A program made the translations under genes and the position numbers. Positions 18,220 through 29,330 of a DNA stretch of 64,000 nucleotides are shown in pieces. The DNA is from Armatimonadota bacterium (GTDB taxonomy: Bacteria; Armatimonadota; DTGP01; JAKQQT01). How positions within the stretch are numbered: the stretch's first letter is position 1; every line of letters starts with the position of its first letter. The stretch lies in assembly GCA_036504855.1 (NCBI GenBank), contig DASXUL010000075.1, forward strand, positions 12,655-76,654. The letters run 5' to 3'. The notes under the pieces were generated by a model that ran no database searches, was not told the origin of the DNA, and saw nothing but the letters and a program-made list of their open reading frames with translations.

Positions 18220-20825
18220 TGGCAGGAGGCGATGCAATGTCGCGGGCACTAGTCGAAATTCAGTCGGGTTTGGGCGCTTGGGACGGCGAGGAACGCGATG
18301 CGTTGATTCCCATCGGCGCCGCCATGGAAGCGTTGCTGGGTGAGATACCCGAGGAGCACGACGACACCGAAGCCTTGCTGATGCTGGCAGTCGATGGCTT
18401 GCAGACCCTCTACGTTGGCGGGTGCGATGACCCCGCGGCCCTGACGGAGAGCATCGTGGCCGCCGTGGCCGCCGTGGCGGTGGGCATCGCCGCCAGCCCC
18501 GAAGGGACCTCCAGCCCGATTCTTTGCCTTGCCGGACGGTCGCTGTGCGCTGCCCTCGGGCGAGACGGGTTTGCCTGGGACGATGGGAACGAGGAAGACG
18601 CCGCGAATCCATCCGGTTCCGACGACGAGGTGGAGCGCAACGAAGCGGCGAGCCCCGCGCATATCTATGCGGAACCGCAGACGCTAGACGACGCTGCCTC
18701 GCTGCTTGTATTGTTGGAGCCGGCGGACCGCGGCGCTCTCGATACGTTGCAGACGGGTTTGCAGAAGCTGGCCGGCGGCCTGCCGCCCTCCGTGCGGCCG
18801 TCGGTGGAGGCCGCTTTGGCCGTGATCCGGCAGGTTTCCTCCGGCCAGTGCGCGGACTTGGAAGGCGCGATGGCGGATGCGGGACGGCATCTCGAAGAGG
18901 CGATGGTCGCCGCGGAAGACGCCGAGATGGCACCGGCCGCGCCGCCGGTTGCGCCGCTGCCAACTCCGGCGCCCCCCGCGCCCGAGGCGGCCGCCCCCGC
19001 GCCGGCCCTTCCGCCGGTGGACGATGGCGGCGACGACATTCTGCCGCAGGACGCGGACCGCGCGCTGCTGGCGGACTTCGTGACGGAGTGCAAGGAACTC
19101 GTTGAGGGAGCCGAAGCCGCCCTTCTGACGATCGAGATGGACCCCGATGACGTGGAGGCCATCAACACGGTGTTCCGGGCCTTTCATACCATCAAGGGCA
19201 CTTCCGCCTTTCTGGGACTCACCCGGATGTCTGAGCTCGCGCACCGCGCGGAGAACATGCTGTCTCGCATCCGCGACAAGGTGATCCGGTGTACGGGCGG
19301 CTATGCCGACCTGGCGTTGCGAAGCGTAGACATGCTGGGCGACCTTGTGCAGGCCTTGCAGAATAACCTCGATGGCAGCCCGACCGGCAAGCCAGCGGGC
19401 CTGGACGAACTGATGCACACGCTGGCCGATCCGGAGGCCGCCGGCGTTAACCACCTCTCCTCCGACGGCTACGACGACATCGCCCGCGCGGAAGAGACTG
19501 CCCCTTCGAACGGCGTCGCCGCTGTGCCCGAAGCGGCTTCAGAAGCGCGTTCCGCTGCCGCCGAGGCCGCCCGCGTTGAAGCGCCGCCCGCAACGGACGG
19601 CGGCGCCGCGGCGCGTCCGCAGCGCGCCAAGGTGAGCGAGCGGTCTGATGACTCCTCCGTGCGGGTGCGAACCGACCGGCTGGATCGCCTGATCGAAATG
19701 GTTGGCGAGTTGGTGATCGCCCAGTCCATGGTCGCCCAGGACCCAATCGTGGTCATGGGCGGCCATCTGGACCTCACTCGCAAGGTCGCCATGACCGGCA
19801 AGATCGTCCGCGAGCTACAGGACCTCAGCATGTCCATGCGCATGGTCCCGCTGAAAGCCACCTTCCAGAAGATGGCCCGGCTCGTTCGCGACCTGGCGTA
19901 CAAGAGCGGCAAACTGGTGGAGTTCAAGTCAGACGGAGACGAGACGGAAATCGACCGCAACATGGTCGACATCATCGCCGAGCCGCTCGTCCACATGGTC
20001 CGTAACGCCGCCGATCATGGCGTTGAGGCGCCGGAAGTGCGAGAGGCCAGCGGGAAACCGCGCACGGGCGTGGTGCATCTCTCCGCATTCCACACGGGCG
20101 GCAACGTGGTGGTGCAGATCAAGGACGACGGCAAGGGACTCAACCGCGATCGCATCATCCAGAAGGCGATAGAGAAGGGCCTGATTGACTCCGAGAAGGG
20201 CCTCACCGACGCCGAGGCGTACGATCTCATCTTCGCCCCCGGCTTCTCGACGGTGGATAAGGTGACCGAGGTCTCCGGACGCGGCGTGGGCATGGACGTG
20301 GTCCGAAAGGGCGTCGAGGCCCTGCGCGGGCGTGTGGACATTTCCTCCGAGTCCGGGAAGGGCACGACCTTCCAGCTCCGGCTCCCGCTGACGCTGGCCA
20401 TCACAGACGGCATGCTGGTGAAGATCGGCGAGGACCGTTACATCGTGCCTACCGTGAACATCCACCTCTCGTTCCGTCCGGAGGCGTCCGCGCTTTCGAC
20501 AGTGGCCGGACGCGGCGAGTTGGTGATGCTGCGCGGCGAGTTGATGCCCATCTTCCGCCTGCATCGCCTGTTTGACATCCGCGGCGCGGTTGAAGACCCC
20601 ACGAAGGGCCTGCTGGTAGTGATCGGCAACGAGGGGCGCCGATGCGCCCTGTTGGTGGACGAGCTGTTGGGCCAGCAGCAGGTGGTTGCGAAGGCTCTGG
20701 GGAACGGAATGGGCAAGGTGCAAGGCGTGTCCGGCGGCGCCATCCTGGGGGATGGCCGCGTGGGCCTGATCCTAGACACCACGGAATTGGTGGCGCTGGC
20801 GCGCCAGAGCCGTTCCGGCGTGTAG
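18216..20825 (+). CDS. cheA: chemotaxis histidine kinase CheA with a ~280-aa acidic/Ala-Pro-rich N-terminal extension ahead of the HPt domain
   Basis: HPt 'FRAFHTIKGTSAFLG'. Dimerisation domain, HATPase domain and a C-terminal CheW-like domain. The start overlaps the cheX stop (ATGA). Confidence 0.85.
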   Translation: MMAGGDAMSRALVEIQSGLGAWDGEERDALIPIGAAMEALLGEIPEEHDDTEALLMLAVDGLQTLYVGGCDDPAALTESIVAAVAAVAVGIAASPEGTSSPILCLAGRSLCAALGRDGFAWDDGNEEDAANPSGSDDEVERNEAASPAHIYAEPQTLDDAASLLVLLEPADRGALDTLQTGLQKLAGGLPPSVRPSVEAALAVIRQVSSGQCADLEGAMADAGRHLEEAMVAAEDAEMAPAAPPVAPLPTPAPPAPEAAAPAPALPPVDDGGDDILPQDADRALLADFVTECKELVEGAEAALLTIEMDPDDVEAINTVFRAFHTIKGTSAFLGLTRMSELAHRAENMLSRIRDKVIRCTGGYADLALRSVDMLGDLVQALQNNLDGSPTGKPAGLDELMHTLADPEAAGVNHLSSDGYDDIARAEETAPSNGVAAVPEAASEARSAAAEAARVEAPPATDGGAAARPQRAKVSERSDDSSVRVRTDRLDRLIEMVGELVIAQSMVAQDPIVVMGGHLDLTRKVAMTGKIVRELQDLSMSMRMVPLKATFQKMARLVRDLAYKSGKLVEFKSDGDETEIDRNMVDIIAEPLVHMVRNAADHGVEAPEVREASGKPRTGVVHLSAFHTGGNVVVQIKDDGKGLNRDRIIQKAIEKGLIDSEKGLTDAEAYDLIFAPGFSTVDKVTEVSGRGVGMDVVRKGVEALRGRVDISSESGKGTTFQLRLPLTLAITDGMLVKIGEDRYIVPTVNIHLSFRPEASALSTVAGRGELVMLRGELMPIFRLHRLFDIRGAVEDPTKGLLVVIGNEGRRCALLVDELLGQQQVVAKALGNGMGKVQGVSGGAILGDGRVGLILDTTELVALARQSRSGV

Positions 20826-20847
20826 CTCCGCCACGTCGTTTCTACCC

Positions 20848-20887
20848 GGAGGCCGCCCAACCCGCCATCAGCGGGTTGGGCGGCCTC
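20848..20887. terminator. rho-independent terminator-like hairpin after cheA
   Basis: GGAGGCCGCCCAACCCGC-catca-GCGGGTTGGGCGGCCTC: a 17-bp perfect stem. Confidence 0.5.
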
Positions 20888-21122
20888 TGCTACATGGCGC
20901 GTCTTGAGCGATTGCCAGATCGCCCATCCGGCCGCCCGTTTGCGCGAGGCATCGGCCGGCGAGCGGCCGGCGGAGGCGCCCTGCGCACCAACGGGTTCCG
21001 GCGCTTCCGGCAGGTGAAGTGATCCACGCGCCCTCCCCGTTTCACCGGTCATTTCGCCGGTTCAGCCTCTCGCCGTCCGGCCCGATAGGTTGTTGTAAGG
21101 TTCGCTTGGCAACCAAGGAGAA

Positions 21123-21674
21123 ATGGTAATGACGCAAACAACCGTCGCCGCCGGCGTACAGCCCGCGCGGAGCAGAGGCCTCGTGGGCGCAGATGGAACA
21201 GGCGGGAAATTCCTGACCTTCTTCCTCGGCTCCGAGGAGTATGGTCTGGAGATCCTCAAAGTGCATGAGATCATCGGGATGATGGCCATCACGCCGGTTC
21301 CGCGCACGCCGGACTTCGTCCGCGGGGTAATCAACCTGCGCGGAAAGGTCATCCCCACGGTAGACCTGCGCCTCAAGTTCGAAATGCCCTCGGTGGAGCA
21401 AACAGACGAGACCTGCATCATCGTGGTGCAGGCCAATACCGTCCAGGTTGGCATAGTAGTGGATCGGGTGTCCGAGGTGATGGACATCGCCGGAAAGGAC
21501 ATCGAGGAGGCGCCGCCTTTCGGCACCGACGTGAACACGGATTACATCCTGGGCATCGGCAAATCGGAAGGCCGCGTGCAGTTGCTTCTCGATATCGACA
21601 AGGTCCTGTCCGGCCAGGACATAGAGGATATCCGCGCGCAGACAGGCTCCGCGGAGTTCGCTTTGGCTGGATAG
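21123..21674 (+). CDS. cheW: chemotaxis coupling protein CheW
   Basis: CheW-domain signature (FLTFFLGSEEYGLEILKVHEI...). AAGGAG RBS. Confidence 0.8.
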   Translation: MVMTQTTVAAGVQPARSRGLVGADGTGGKFLTFFLGSEEYGLEILKVHEIIGMMAITPVPRTPDFVRGVINLRGKVIPTVDLRLKFEMPSVEQTDETCIIVVQANTVQVGIVVDRVSEVMDIAGKDIEEAPPFGTDVNTDYILGIGKSEGRVQLLLDIDKVLSGQDIEDIRAQTGSAEFALAG

Positions 21675-21997
21675 CCACGGGCGGAGACCGGAGCTTGAAT
21701 GGAGTCCGAGGGCGCGGCCGAGGGGTTCCCCAGTCGCCGCGCCGATCGGTCTCGAACGCAAACATCGCGTGCTACCGGACACGATGGCCCGTCAGCTTCA
21801 GCGCCCTCCACTCCGCCGATTCGATGAGCCACGAGGCGGCGCGCCTATCAGTTCCCCTTTCTCGGCTGCGCCCCCATTCACCGCGCATTCGGACTCAAAG
21901 CGTCGCTCTGACCGGCTGAGAAACAACCAAGACTCCGTTTCCGTTAGCGTGATGCTGGATGTTGGCCGGCTCCATGAGGAGCCTCTGGTTTCGAGAA

Positions 21998-22105
21998 GGC
22001 AGGGGGCGGACACGGCAGGCCGTGTCCCTTCCCTCACCAGTTCCATCCAGCGTCCGGTGGCCGGCCGGGCCCGCCAGTAGGAAAACGGCTTGTCGTGTCC
22101 GCTCC
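21998..22105. repeat. ~110-nt structured palindromic element (copy 1 of 2), in the mcp upstream region
   Basis: GGGGCGGACACGGCAGGCCGTGTCCC ... CCGGTGGCCGGCCGGGCC ... ACGGCTTGTCGTGTCCGC. It is alignable over its whole length with the element at 47055-47168. Confidence 0.5.
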
Positions 22106-22267
22106 ATAGCCCCCCGTGGGGCATGGGTTCCTCATGAGACCCGCGAGGGGCTCACTGACCGCTTCTTTTGAACAGAGCGCCATTTGCGCGCCGAATTGGG
22201 AGACTGCCGCGCCGAGGCTGTGAGCGACTCGCGGCAAGGCATCGCACGAAGGGATACGGGGGGAGTG

Positions 22268-25200
22268 ATGTTGAGCAAGTTCCGGATTGGGTGGAGGCTG
22301 ACAGGCGGTTTCATCATCGTCGCGATGTTGTGCGCCTTCGTCGGGTACAAGGGCGTGCAGGCCTTGAGCAAGGTGAACGCTCAGTCGGTTGATACGACGC
22401 AGGTGCTGCTGCCGCAGTTGGACGCTCTGTCGGTCATCAACGAATCCAAGTTGGCCGTTCAGCGGGAAGAGCGAAACGCCATCCTTCAGGCCGAGCGCAA
22501 GAACGCCGTTGGCCTCAAGAAGGCCCAGGAAAAAGTGCTGGAGAAGTGGGACCTGATTGCGTCCTCGTGGAAATCCTACGAAGCCCTGCCGCTGACCGCC
22601 GAGGAGAAGAGCATCCTGGCCGATCTGGCGACGGCGCGCGACAACTGGCACGCTCAGCACAATGCCGTGATGGCCGCCGCCGCCGCCGGCAATACGGCCG
22701 AGGCCGCCGCGCTCAGCTTCGGCCCCACGCAGGACGCCTACAAGGTGTTCATGGACACCATCGACAAGCTTCTGGCGTCGAACGGCGATCACCAGAGACA
22801 GAACCGCGAGACGATTGTTTCCACCTACGTGTCCGCCCGCCGAACGCTGACAGTGGCTTGCGTTCTGTCCGTGTTGGTGGCAATCGCGTTCGGAATCGTG
22901 TTGACGCTTTCCATCGTCCGCCCGCTCCATGAGATCGAATCCGTGGCGCGCAGTATCGCGGAAGGGGATATCGAACGCAAGGTCACCTACCGAAGCGGAG
23001 ACGAACTGGGAGCCCTGGCCGAGTCCTTCCGGCAGGCCGGCTCGTATGTCCGTGACGTGGCGAATGCGGCTCACAGCCTGTCGATTGGTGACCTTTCCAC
23101 GCAGCCGGCCCCCCGCTCTTCGAAGGACGTGCTGTCGGCGAACATGGCGGAGGTCGTTGCAGTGCTGCGCTCTCTGGTGGCGGACATCAACCTGTTGAAG
23201 CGTTCCGCGGCGAGAGGCGATTTTGCGGCGCGGGCCGATGCGTTGAAGCACTCCGGCGACTACCGCGGCATCGTGGAGGGCATGAACGACACGCTGGGCA
23301 CGGTTGCGGACAAGGTGTTCTGGTACGAACAGATGCTGGATGCCATCCCCTTCCCGATCTCCGTGACGGACATGGAGATGAACTGGACGTTCATCAACAA
23401 GCCAGTTGAGAACCTGCTCGGCGTCAAGCGATTGGATGTGCTTGGCCAACCGTGCAGCAACTGGAACGCCAACATCTGTGGAACCGAGAACTGCGGCGTC
23501 CACTGCCTGCGTCGGGGGCAACTCCAGACGGTGTTCGAGCAGGCGAACATGGATTTCCAGGTGGACACCGTTTACATCCAGAACGCCAGAGGCGAACGGA
23601 TCGGGCACATCGAAGTGGTCCAGGACGTGAGCGCGTCCGTAAAGAACACGGTGTACACCAGGCTGGAGGTGGAGCGCGTTACCACGAACCTGGAACGTTT
23701 GGCGAAGGGCGATCTTGGATTCGCCACCGAGGCCAGCGAAGCGGACAAGTTCACCGCGGAATCCAAGCGGCAGTTCGACCGCATCAACGCGAGCCTTGAG
23801 GATGTGAAATCGGCCGTTGGCGCCATGATCGCCGATGTGGATCAGCTCTCCGCCGCGGCCGTGGAAGGCCGGCTCGCCACTCGCGCCGATGCCGCCAGAC
23901 ACCATGGCGACTTCAAGACGGTGGTCCAGGGGGTGAACGACACGTTGGACAGCGTGGTCGGTCCCGTGAACATGGCCGCGGAGTTCCTTGCCCATCTCTC
24001 CCGGGGTGATGCGCTCGAGAAGATCACCGCCGACTACAAGGGTGACTTCAGGGTGATCCGCGACAACATCAACGCATGCGTGGACATCCTTCACGGTCTG
24101 CTTGGCGAAATGGGCGGTCTGGCGGCGGCGGCGGCCGAGGGCGATCTCTCGGCGCGGGCCGACTCCGCCCGGTATCAGGGAGACTGGCATCAACTGGCCG
24201 AAGGGATGAACCAGACGCTGAACAGCCTTTCGGCGCCGATCAGCGAGTCCGCGGAAGTGCTGCAGCGCGTGGCGGACAAGGACCTAACCGCCCGCGTGCA
24301 AGGCAGCTACAAAGGCGAACTGGCGAAGATCAAGGACTCCATCAACGTGGCCGTGGAGAACCTGGAGGAGGCCCTGCAGCAGGTGGCGGTGGGCGCCGAT
24401 CAGGTGGCCAACGCGGCGCTGGAGATCAGCTCCGGCAGCCAGTCGCTGAGCCAGGGATCTTCCGAACAGGCGTCGAGCCTGGAGGAGATCTCCAGCAGCC
24501 TGCAGGAGATGGCCAGCATGACGCGGCAGAACGCCGGCAATGCCCGTGAGGCCAAGAGCCTGGCGGACGGCGCCAAGGGCGCCGCGGACAAGGGCGCCTC
24601 CGCCATGCAACGGATGAGCGATGCAGTGAACCGGATCAAGCAGAGCAGCGACCAGACGGCGAAGATCGTGAAGACCATCGACGAGATCGCCTTCCAGACG
24701 AACCTGCTGGCCTTGAACGCCGCCGTGGAAGCCGCCCGGGCCGGCGATGCCGGCAAGGGCTTCGCCGTGGTGGCCGAGGAAGTGCGCAACCTCGCGATGC
24801 GGAGCGCCGAGGCGGCGAAGAACACGGCAAGCATGATCGAAGAGGCCGTGAAGAACGCCGAGGGCGGGGTTGCGATCAACCGCGAAGTGATTGTGAGCCT
24901 CAACGAGATCAACGAGCAGGCGGCGAAGGTGAGCGAGGTGATGGCCGAGATCGCGTCGGCCAGTGAGCAGCAGACGCAGGGCATCGACCAGGTGAACGTT
25001 GCGGTGACGGAGATGGATACGTTGACGCAGGCTAACGCCGCGAACTCCGAAGAGAGCGCCTCATCCGCCGAGGAACTGAGCAGCCAGGCCGCCCAGATGC
25101 AGAGCATGGTGTCCGCGTTCCACCTCAGCGGCTTGCGAGCCCAGCCGGGCGCGTCCGTCGGCCCGCGGCACGCCAAGCGGCCCGCCCCCAGGGCGCTAGC

Positions 25201-25294
25201 GGCGGTTCACGCCGGGAACGGCCACCGGCGCGATGCGGATGCCAGCGCGGTGATCCCGTTCGATGACGATGCGGAGATGCTGGCGGATTTCTAA
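22268..25294 (+). CDS. methyl-accepting chemotaxis protein with 2 TM helices, a periplasmic 4-helix sensor, a long poly-HAMP array, an embedded PAS-like domain and a C-terminal MCP signalling domain
   Basis: ATG at ~22267/8 (MLSKFRIGW). HAMP-like repeats '..RADA.RH.GD...V.GMNDTL' occur at least 4 times. The MCP signal domain sits at the C-terminus. Confidence 0.8.
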   Translation: MLSKFRIGWRLTGGFIIVAMLCAFVGYKGVQALSKVNAQSVDTTQVLLPQLDALSVINESKLAVQREERNAILQAERKNAVGLKKAQEKVLEKWDLIASSWKSYEALPLTAEEKSILADLATARDNWHAQHNAVMAAAAAGNTAEAAALSFGPTQDAYKVFMDTIDKLLASNGDHQRQNRETIVSTYVSARRTLTVACVLSVLVAIAFGIVLTLSIVRPLHEIESVARSIAEGDIERKVTYRSGDELGALAESFRQAGSYVRDVANAAHSLSIGDLSTQPAPRSSKDVLSANMAEVVAVLRSLVADINLLKRSAARGDFAARADALKHSGDYRGIVEGMNDTLGTVADKVFWYEQMLDAIPFPISVTDMEMNWTFINKPVENLLGVKRLDVLGQPCSNWNANICGTENCGVHCLRRGQLQTVFEQANMDFQVDTVYIQNARGERIGHIEVVQDVSASVKNTVYTRLEVERVTTNLERLAKGDLGFATEASEADKFTAESKRQFDRINASLEDVKSAVGAMIADVDQLSAAAVEGRLATRADAARHHGDFKTVVQGVNDTLDSVVGPVNMAAEFLAHLSRGDALEKITADYKGDFRVIRDNINACVDILHGLLGEMGGLAAAAAEGDLSARADSARYQGDWHQLAEGMNQTLNSLSAPISESAEVLQRVADKDLTARVQGSYKGELAKIKDSINVAVENLEEALQQVAVGADQVANAALEISSGSQSLSQGSSEQASSLEEISSSLQEMASMTRQNAGNAREAKSLADGAKGAADKGASAMQRMSDAVNRIKQSSDQTAKIVKTIDEIAFQTNLLALNAAVEAARAGDAGKGFAVVAEEVRNLAMRSAEAAKNTASMIEEAVKNAEGGVAINREVIVSLNEINEQAAKVSEVMAEIASASEQQTQGIDQVNVAVTEMDTLTQANAANSEESASSAEELSSQAAQMQSMVSAFHLSGLRAQPGASVGPRHAKRPAPRALAAVHAGNGHRRDADASAVIPFDDDAEMLADF

Positions 25295-25457
25295 CGCGCC
25301 GGTTCGGCCAGACTCCCTGCGCAGGCGCGACGCGGAGTCCGGCCAGCCGGGCGGGCCAGAGCATCCATGGTTGGAAAGTATGAGCAGCCGTGGGCGCTTC
25401 CATGGCATAACGGGGTGGAAAGGCAGCGCCGTGACAGGAAAGGAACAGAAGCCGAAT

Positions 25458-26285
25458 ATGGGGCCGGACCTCACCACTTTGGAACTGTCTGACGACGAGT
25501 TCAACCAGATCAGCAAGCTGGTTTACCGGTTGTGCGGCATCAACCTGCACGCCGGGAAGTCTGGACTCGTTAAGGCGCGCCTGATGAAGCGGCTCCGGCT
25601 ACTGGGCATTGCGTCCTTTGACGAGTACATCCGCCACGTGGAATCCGACGCCTACGGGCAGGAACTCACGGCCATGCTGGATGCTCTCACCACCAACAAG
25701 ACGTCGTTCTTTCGCGAGGACCAGCACTTCGTCTTCCTTCGCGAGAACGTCCTGCCGGGCATTGTGGCCGCCGGCAAGCCGATTCGCATCTGGAGCGCAG
25801 GCTGCTCCACGGGGGAGGAGCCGTACACGCTCGGCATCACCCTCCGGGAGGAGATTCCGGACATCGATCGTCGTGACGTGCGCATCCTGGCCACGGACCT
25901 CTCCACGCGCGTGCTGGATACGGCCCGCGAAGCCATCTATGACGAAGAGCGCCTGCGCGATGTCCCCCCTGAACTCGTGCACAAGCACTTTCACGCCGTA
26001 CGCACCGCGCCGCCGCGCACCTGGCGGGTGAACAATGACATCCGCAAGGTGGTGCACCTGGCGCGCCTCAACCTCATGGAAGACTGGCCCATGCGAGGAC
26101 CGTTCGACGCCATTTTCTGCCGCAACGTGATGATCTACTTCGACAAGCAGACCCAGCAGACGCTGACCAACCGGTTTGCCCAACTGCTGAAGCCAGGGGG
26201 CTACTTGTTTGTTGGACACTCCGAGAGCCTGTCTTCCTGGGCCAGCGAGTTTCGCTACGTTCAACCCGCGGTGTACGTGAAATGA
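25458..26285 (+). CDS. cheR: chemotaxis protein methyltransferase CheR
   Basis: CheR N-terminal and SAM-MTase domains (GCSTGEEPYTLGI). Start MGPDLTT after GGAAAGGAA. Confidence 0.8.
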   Translation: MGPDLTTLELSDDEFNQISKLVYRLCGINLHAGKSGLVKARLMKRLRLLGIASFDEYIRHVESDAYGQELTAMLDALTTNKTSFFREDQHFVFLRENVLPGIVAAGKPIRIWSAGCSTGEEPYTLGITLREEIPDIDRRDVRILATDLSTRVLDTAREAIYDEERLRDVPPELVHKHFHAVRTAPPRTWRVNNDIRKVVHLARLNLMEDWPMRGPFDAIFCRNVMIYFDKQTQQTLTNRFAQLLKPGGYLFVGHSESLSSWASEFRYVQPAVYVK

Positions 26286-26316
26286 GCCATCCTGACGGTT
26301 CAATGAGGGCCATGGA

Positions 26317-26799
26317 GTGAAACACACTATCGGTGTTGCGGACATGCGGATCTCGGCGAATCCAGGCGACGTCCTGGTGACGCACGCGCTCGGCAGTTGT
26401 CTGGGCATCACAATCCACGATCCGGTGGCAAGCGTGGGAGGGCTGCTCCATGTGATGCTGCCCACTGGCTCGATTGACCCCGACCGCGCCGCCCAGAACC
26501 CCTCCATGTTTGTGGACACGGGCGTTCCGAAGCTCTTCCTCGACTGCTACAAGGCTGGAGCCAAGAAGGAACGCCTCGTGGTGAAGGTTGCCGGCGGAGC
26601 CACAACGCGGGGCTCCGAAGAGGATGATTACTTCCAGATCGGCAAGCGCAATTTCGTGATGCTGCGCAAGCTCCTCTGGAAGAACGGCGTGCTCCTCAGC
26701 TCCCACGATGTGGGCGGGTGCGTCTCGCGGATGATGACGCTTGAGATCGGCACGGGTGATGTCACTCTGAAGATCGATGGCAAGGTTACGAACCTTTGA
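26317..26799 (+). CDS. cheD: chemoreceptor glutamine deamidase CheD
   Basis: GTG start. CheD family signature (LGSCLGITIHD...). Confidence 0.8.
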   Translation: MKHTIGVADMRISANPGDVLVTHALGSCLGITIHDPVASVGGLLHVMLPTGSIDPDRAAQNPSMFVDTGVPKLFLDCYKAGAKKERLVVKVAGGATTRGSEEDDYFQIGKRNFVMLRKLLWKNGVLLSSHDVGGCVSRMMTLEIGTGDVTLKIDGKVTNL

Positions 26800-26897
26800 T
26801 GTATCGGCCGGGCCTTACGCCCGCCGCCGCCGGCCGGTTTCCGGCTGGCGGAACCAACGACCCCAGATGAACGCTGGGGCAAAGCGGGGGAGATAAC

Positions 26898-27326
26898 GTG
26901 TCGATCAATGTGTTGGTGGTCGATGACAGCGCGGTAATGCGGTCCATCATCGTCAAGACTCTACGTTTGAGTGGGATCGAACTGGGCGATGTGCATCAAG
27001 CCTCCAACGGCCTGGAGGGCCTTCAGGCGCTGGATGACAACTGGATTGACCTCGCCCTGGTTGATATCAACATGCCCGTCATGGATGGGCAGGAGATGAT
27101 CAACCGCGTCCGGGAAGATCCAACCATGTCCGACCTGCCTATGGTGGTGGTGTCGACCGAGAGCAGCGAAAGCCGCATCGAAATGCTGGAGCGCATGGGC
27201 ACGCGCTTCGTGCACAAACCCTTTACGCCGGAGCGCCTACGGGCCACCATCATGGAGGCCACCGGCATTCAAGAGGAAGACGTACATGCAGCAGGAACTG
27301 TATCAGGCAGCAGCCCAGACTTTTGA
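26898..27326 (+). CDS. cheY: CheY-like response regulator (second copy)
   Basis: GTG start. MSINVLVVDDS receiver domain. Confidence 0.8.
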   Translation: MSINVLVVDDSAVMRSIIVKTLRLSGIELGDVHQASNGLEGLQALDDNWIDLALVDINMPVMDGQEMINRVREDPTMSDLPMVVVSTESSESRIEMLERMGTRFVHKPFTPERLRATIMEATGIQEEDVHAAGTVSGSSPDF

Positions 27327-27726
27327 GGCGCTTGCGTTCCTCTCTCCGGTTCCCCCGGAGGAGGCGGACGCGCGGCAAGGCCAACTCGACCAGGCGGTGT
27401 GCGTTGCGTTTCGCGGGCCGTTTTGCGGCCGGCTGGAATTGCGTACGTGCGCCGGATTGATGCCTGCCCTGGCCGAAAACATGATGGGTGAAGACGCGCC
27501 TCCAACGCTTGACCAGCAGCGGGACGCGTTGGGCGAGGTAGCCAATGTCATCTGCGGCAACGTTCTGCCCGCCATCGCCGGCAGCCGTGAGGTCTTCCAT
27601 CTGGATGCGCCGCGCTTCGTGACGGCATGCGAGCCCGAAACGCCGCCCGCCGCGAGCGTTCGCATGTGCCTGGACGCCGGTTGCGCGGAAGTGCTGCTCT
27701 TCACCGATCTGTCCGTGGCCGCTTGA
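27286..27726 (+). CDS. CheX/CheC-like chemotaxis phosphatase-family protein
   Basis: 146 aa. The ATG overlaps the cheY 3' end. The CheX-like fold call is weak and from the pattern only. Confidence 0.5.
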   Translation: MQQELYQAAAQTFEALAFLSPVPPEEADARQGQLDQAVCVAFRGPFCGRLELRTCAGLMPALAENMMGEDAPPTLDQQRDALGEVANVICGNVLPAIAGSREVFHLDAPRFVTACEPETPPAASVRMCLDAGCAEVLLFTDLSVAA

Positions 27727-27747
27727 TGCCCTGACGTTTCGGCGTGA

Positions 27748-28890
<1,143 letters not shown>

Positions 28891-28910
28891 AGGTTCGCGT
28901 TTTGGAGCCC

Positions 28911-28945
28911 TGCCGGCGCCGGCCCCCCATCGGGGGCCGGCGCCT
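28911..28945. terminator. GC-rich hairpin after cheB
   Basis: GGCGCCGGCCCCCC-atc-GGGGGCCGGCGCC: a perfect inverted repeat. Confidence 0.45.
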
Positions 28946-29330
28946 TCGTCATGCGGCGCGTCCAGAGCTTTCGGCGCTGGCGCTGGGCCCGCGGTTGTTA
29001 CCCCCGGAGCGCTGGGCTACAGCTTCAGCGGATCTGGCTCGCGGCTCTGGCGGGCGCAAATCCATCCCGGATGATGGGCACATCTCAGTGGCGAAGCATC
29101 CGGGGGGTGACGATATTCCAACGTGGCCGTCTGCCCGAGGGGCGCGGCATTACGCGGCGGAAGCGTCTCTGGACAGATCTGGCGCGACGTGCTATAGATA
29201 GTTGCGCGCAGCATGGGCAAACGTTTACCTCTGCTGTGAGTTTCGCGCTGGGGCATCTTCCACCTCCGCCGTCGGCCGAAACTGACGTGCTCCTGGGCTG
29301 CATCGGAACGTTGGCAACTAGCACGAAAGG

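Noticed and set aside
15442-18963. 1173-aa minus-strand ORF
   Set aside because: Only the segment 15442-17031 is supported, by the zinc-finger motif, an RBS and an ATG. The rest is an open antisense frame running through the plus-strand cheY and cheX genes, which have clear receiver and CheX signatures. It is a high-GC artefact.
14728-22270. Apparent 1-nt frame discrepancies near 14731 and 22262 when hand-indexing against the ORF track
   Set aside because: I treat these as my own counting errors in manual indexing, not real frameshifts or pseudogenes, because the ORF track reads through both sites.
22034-24193. 719-aa minus-strand ORF
   Set aside because: Antisense to the MCP gene. It has no domain signatures.
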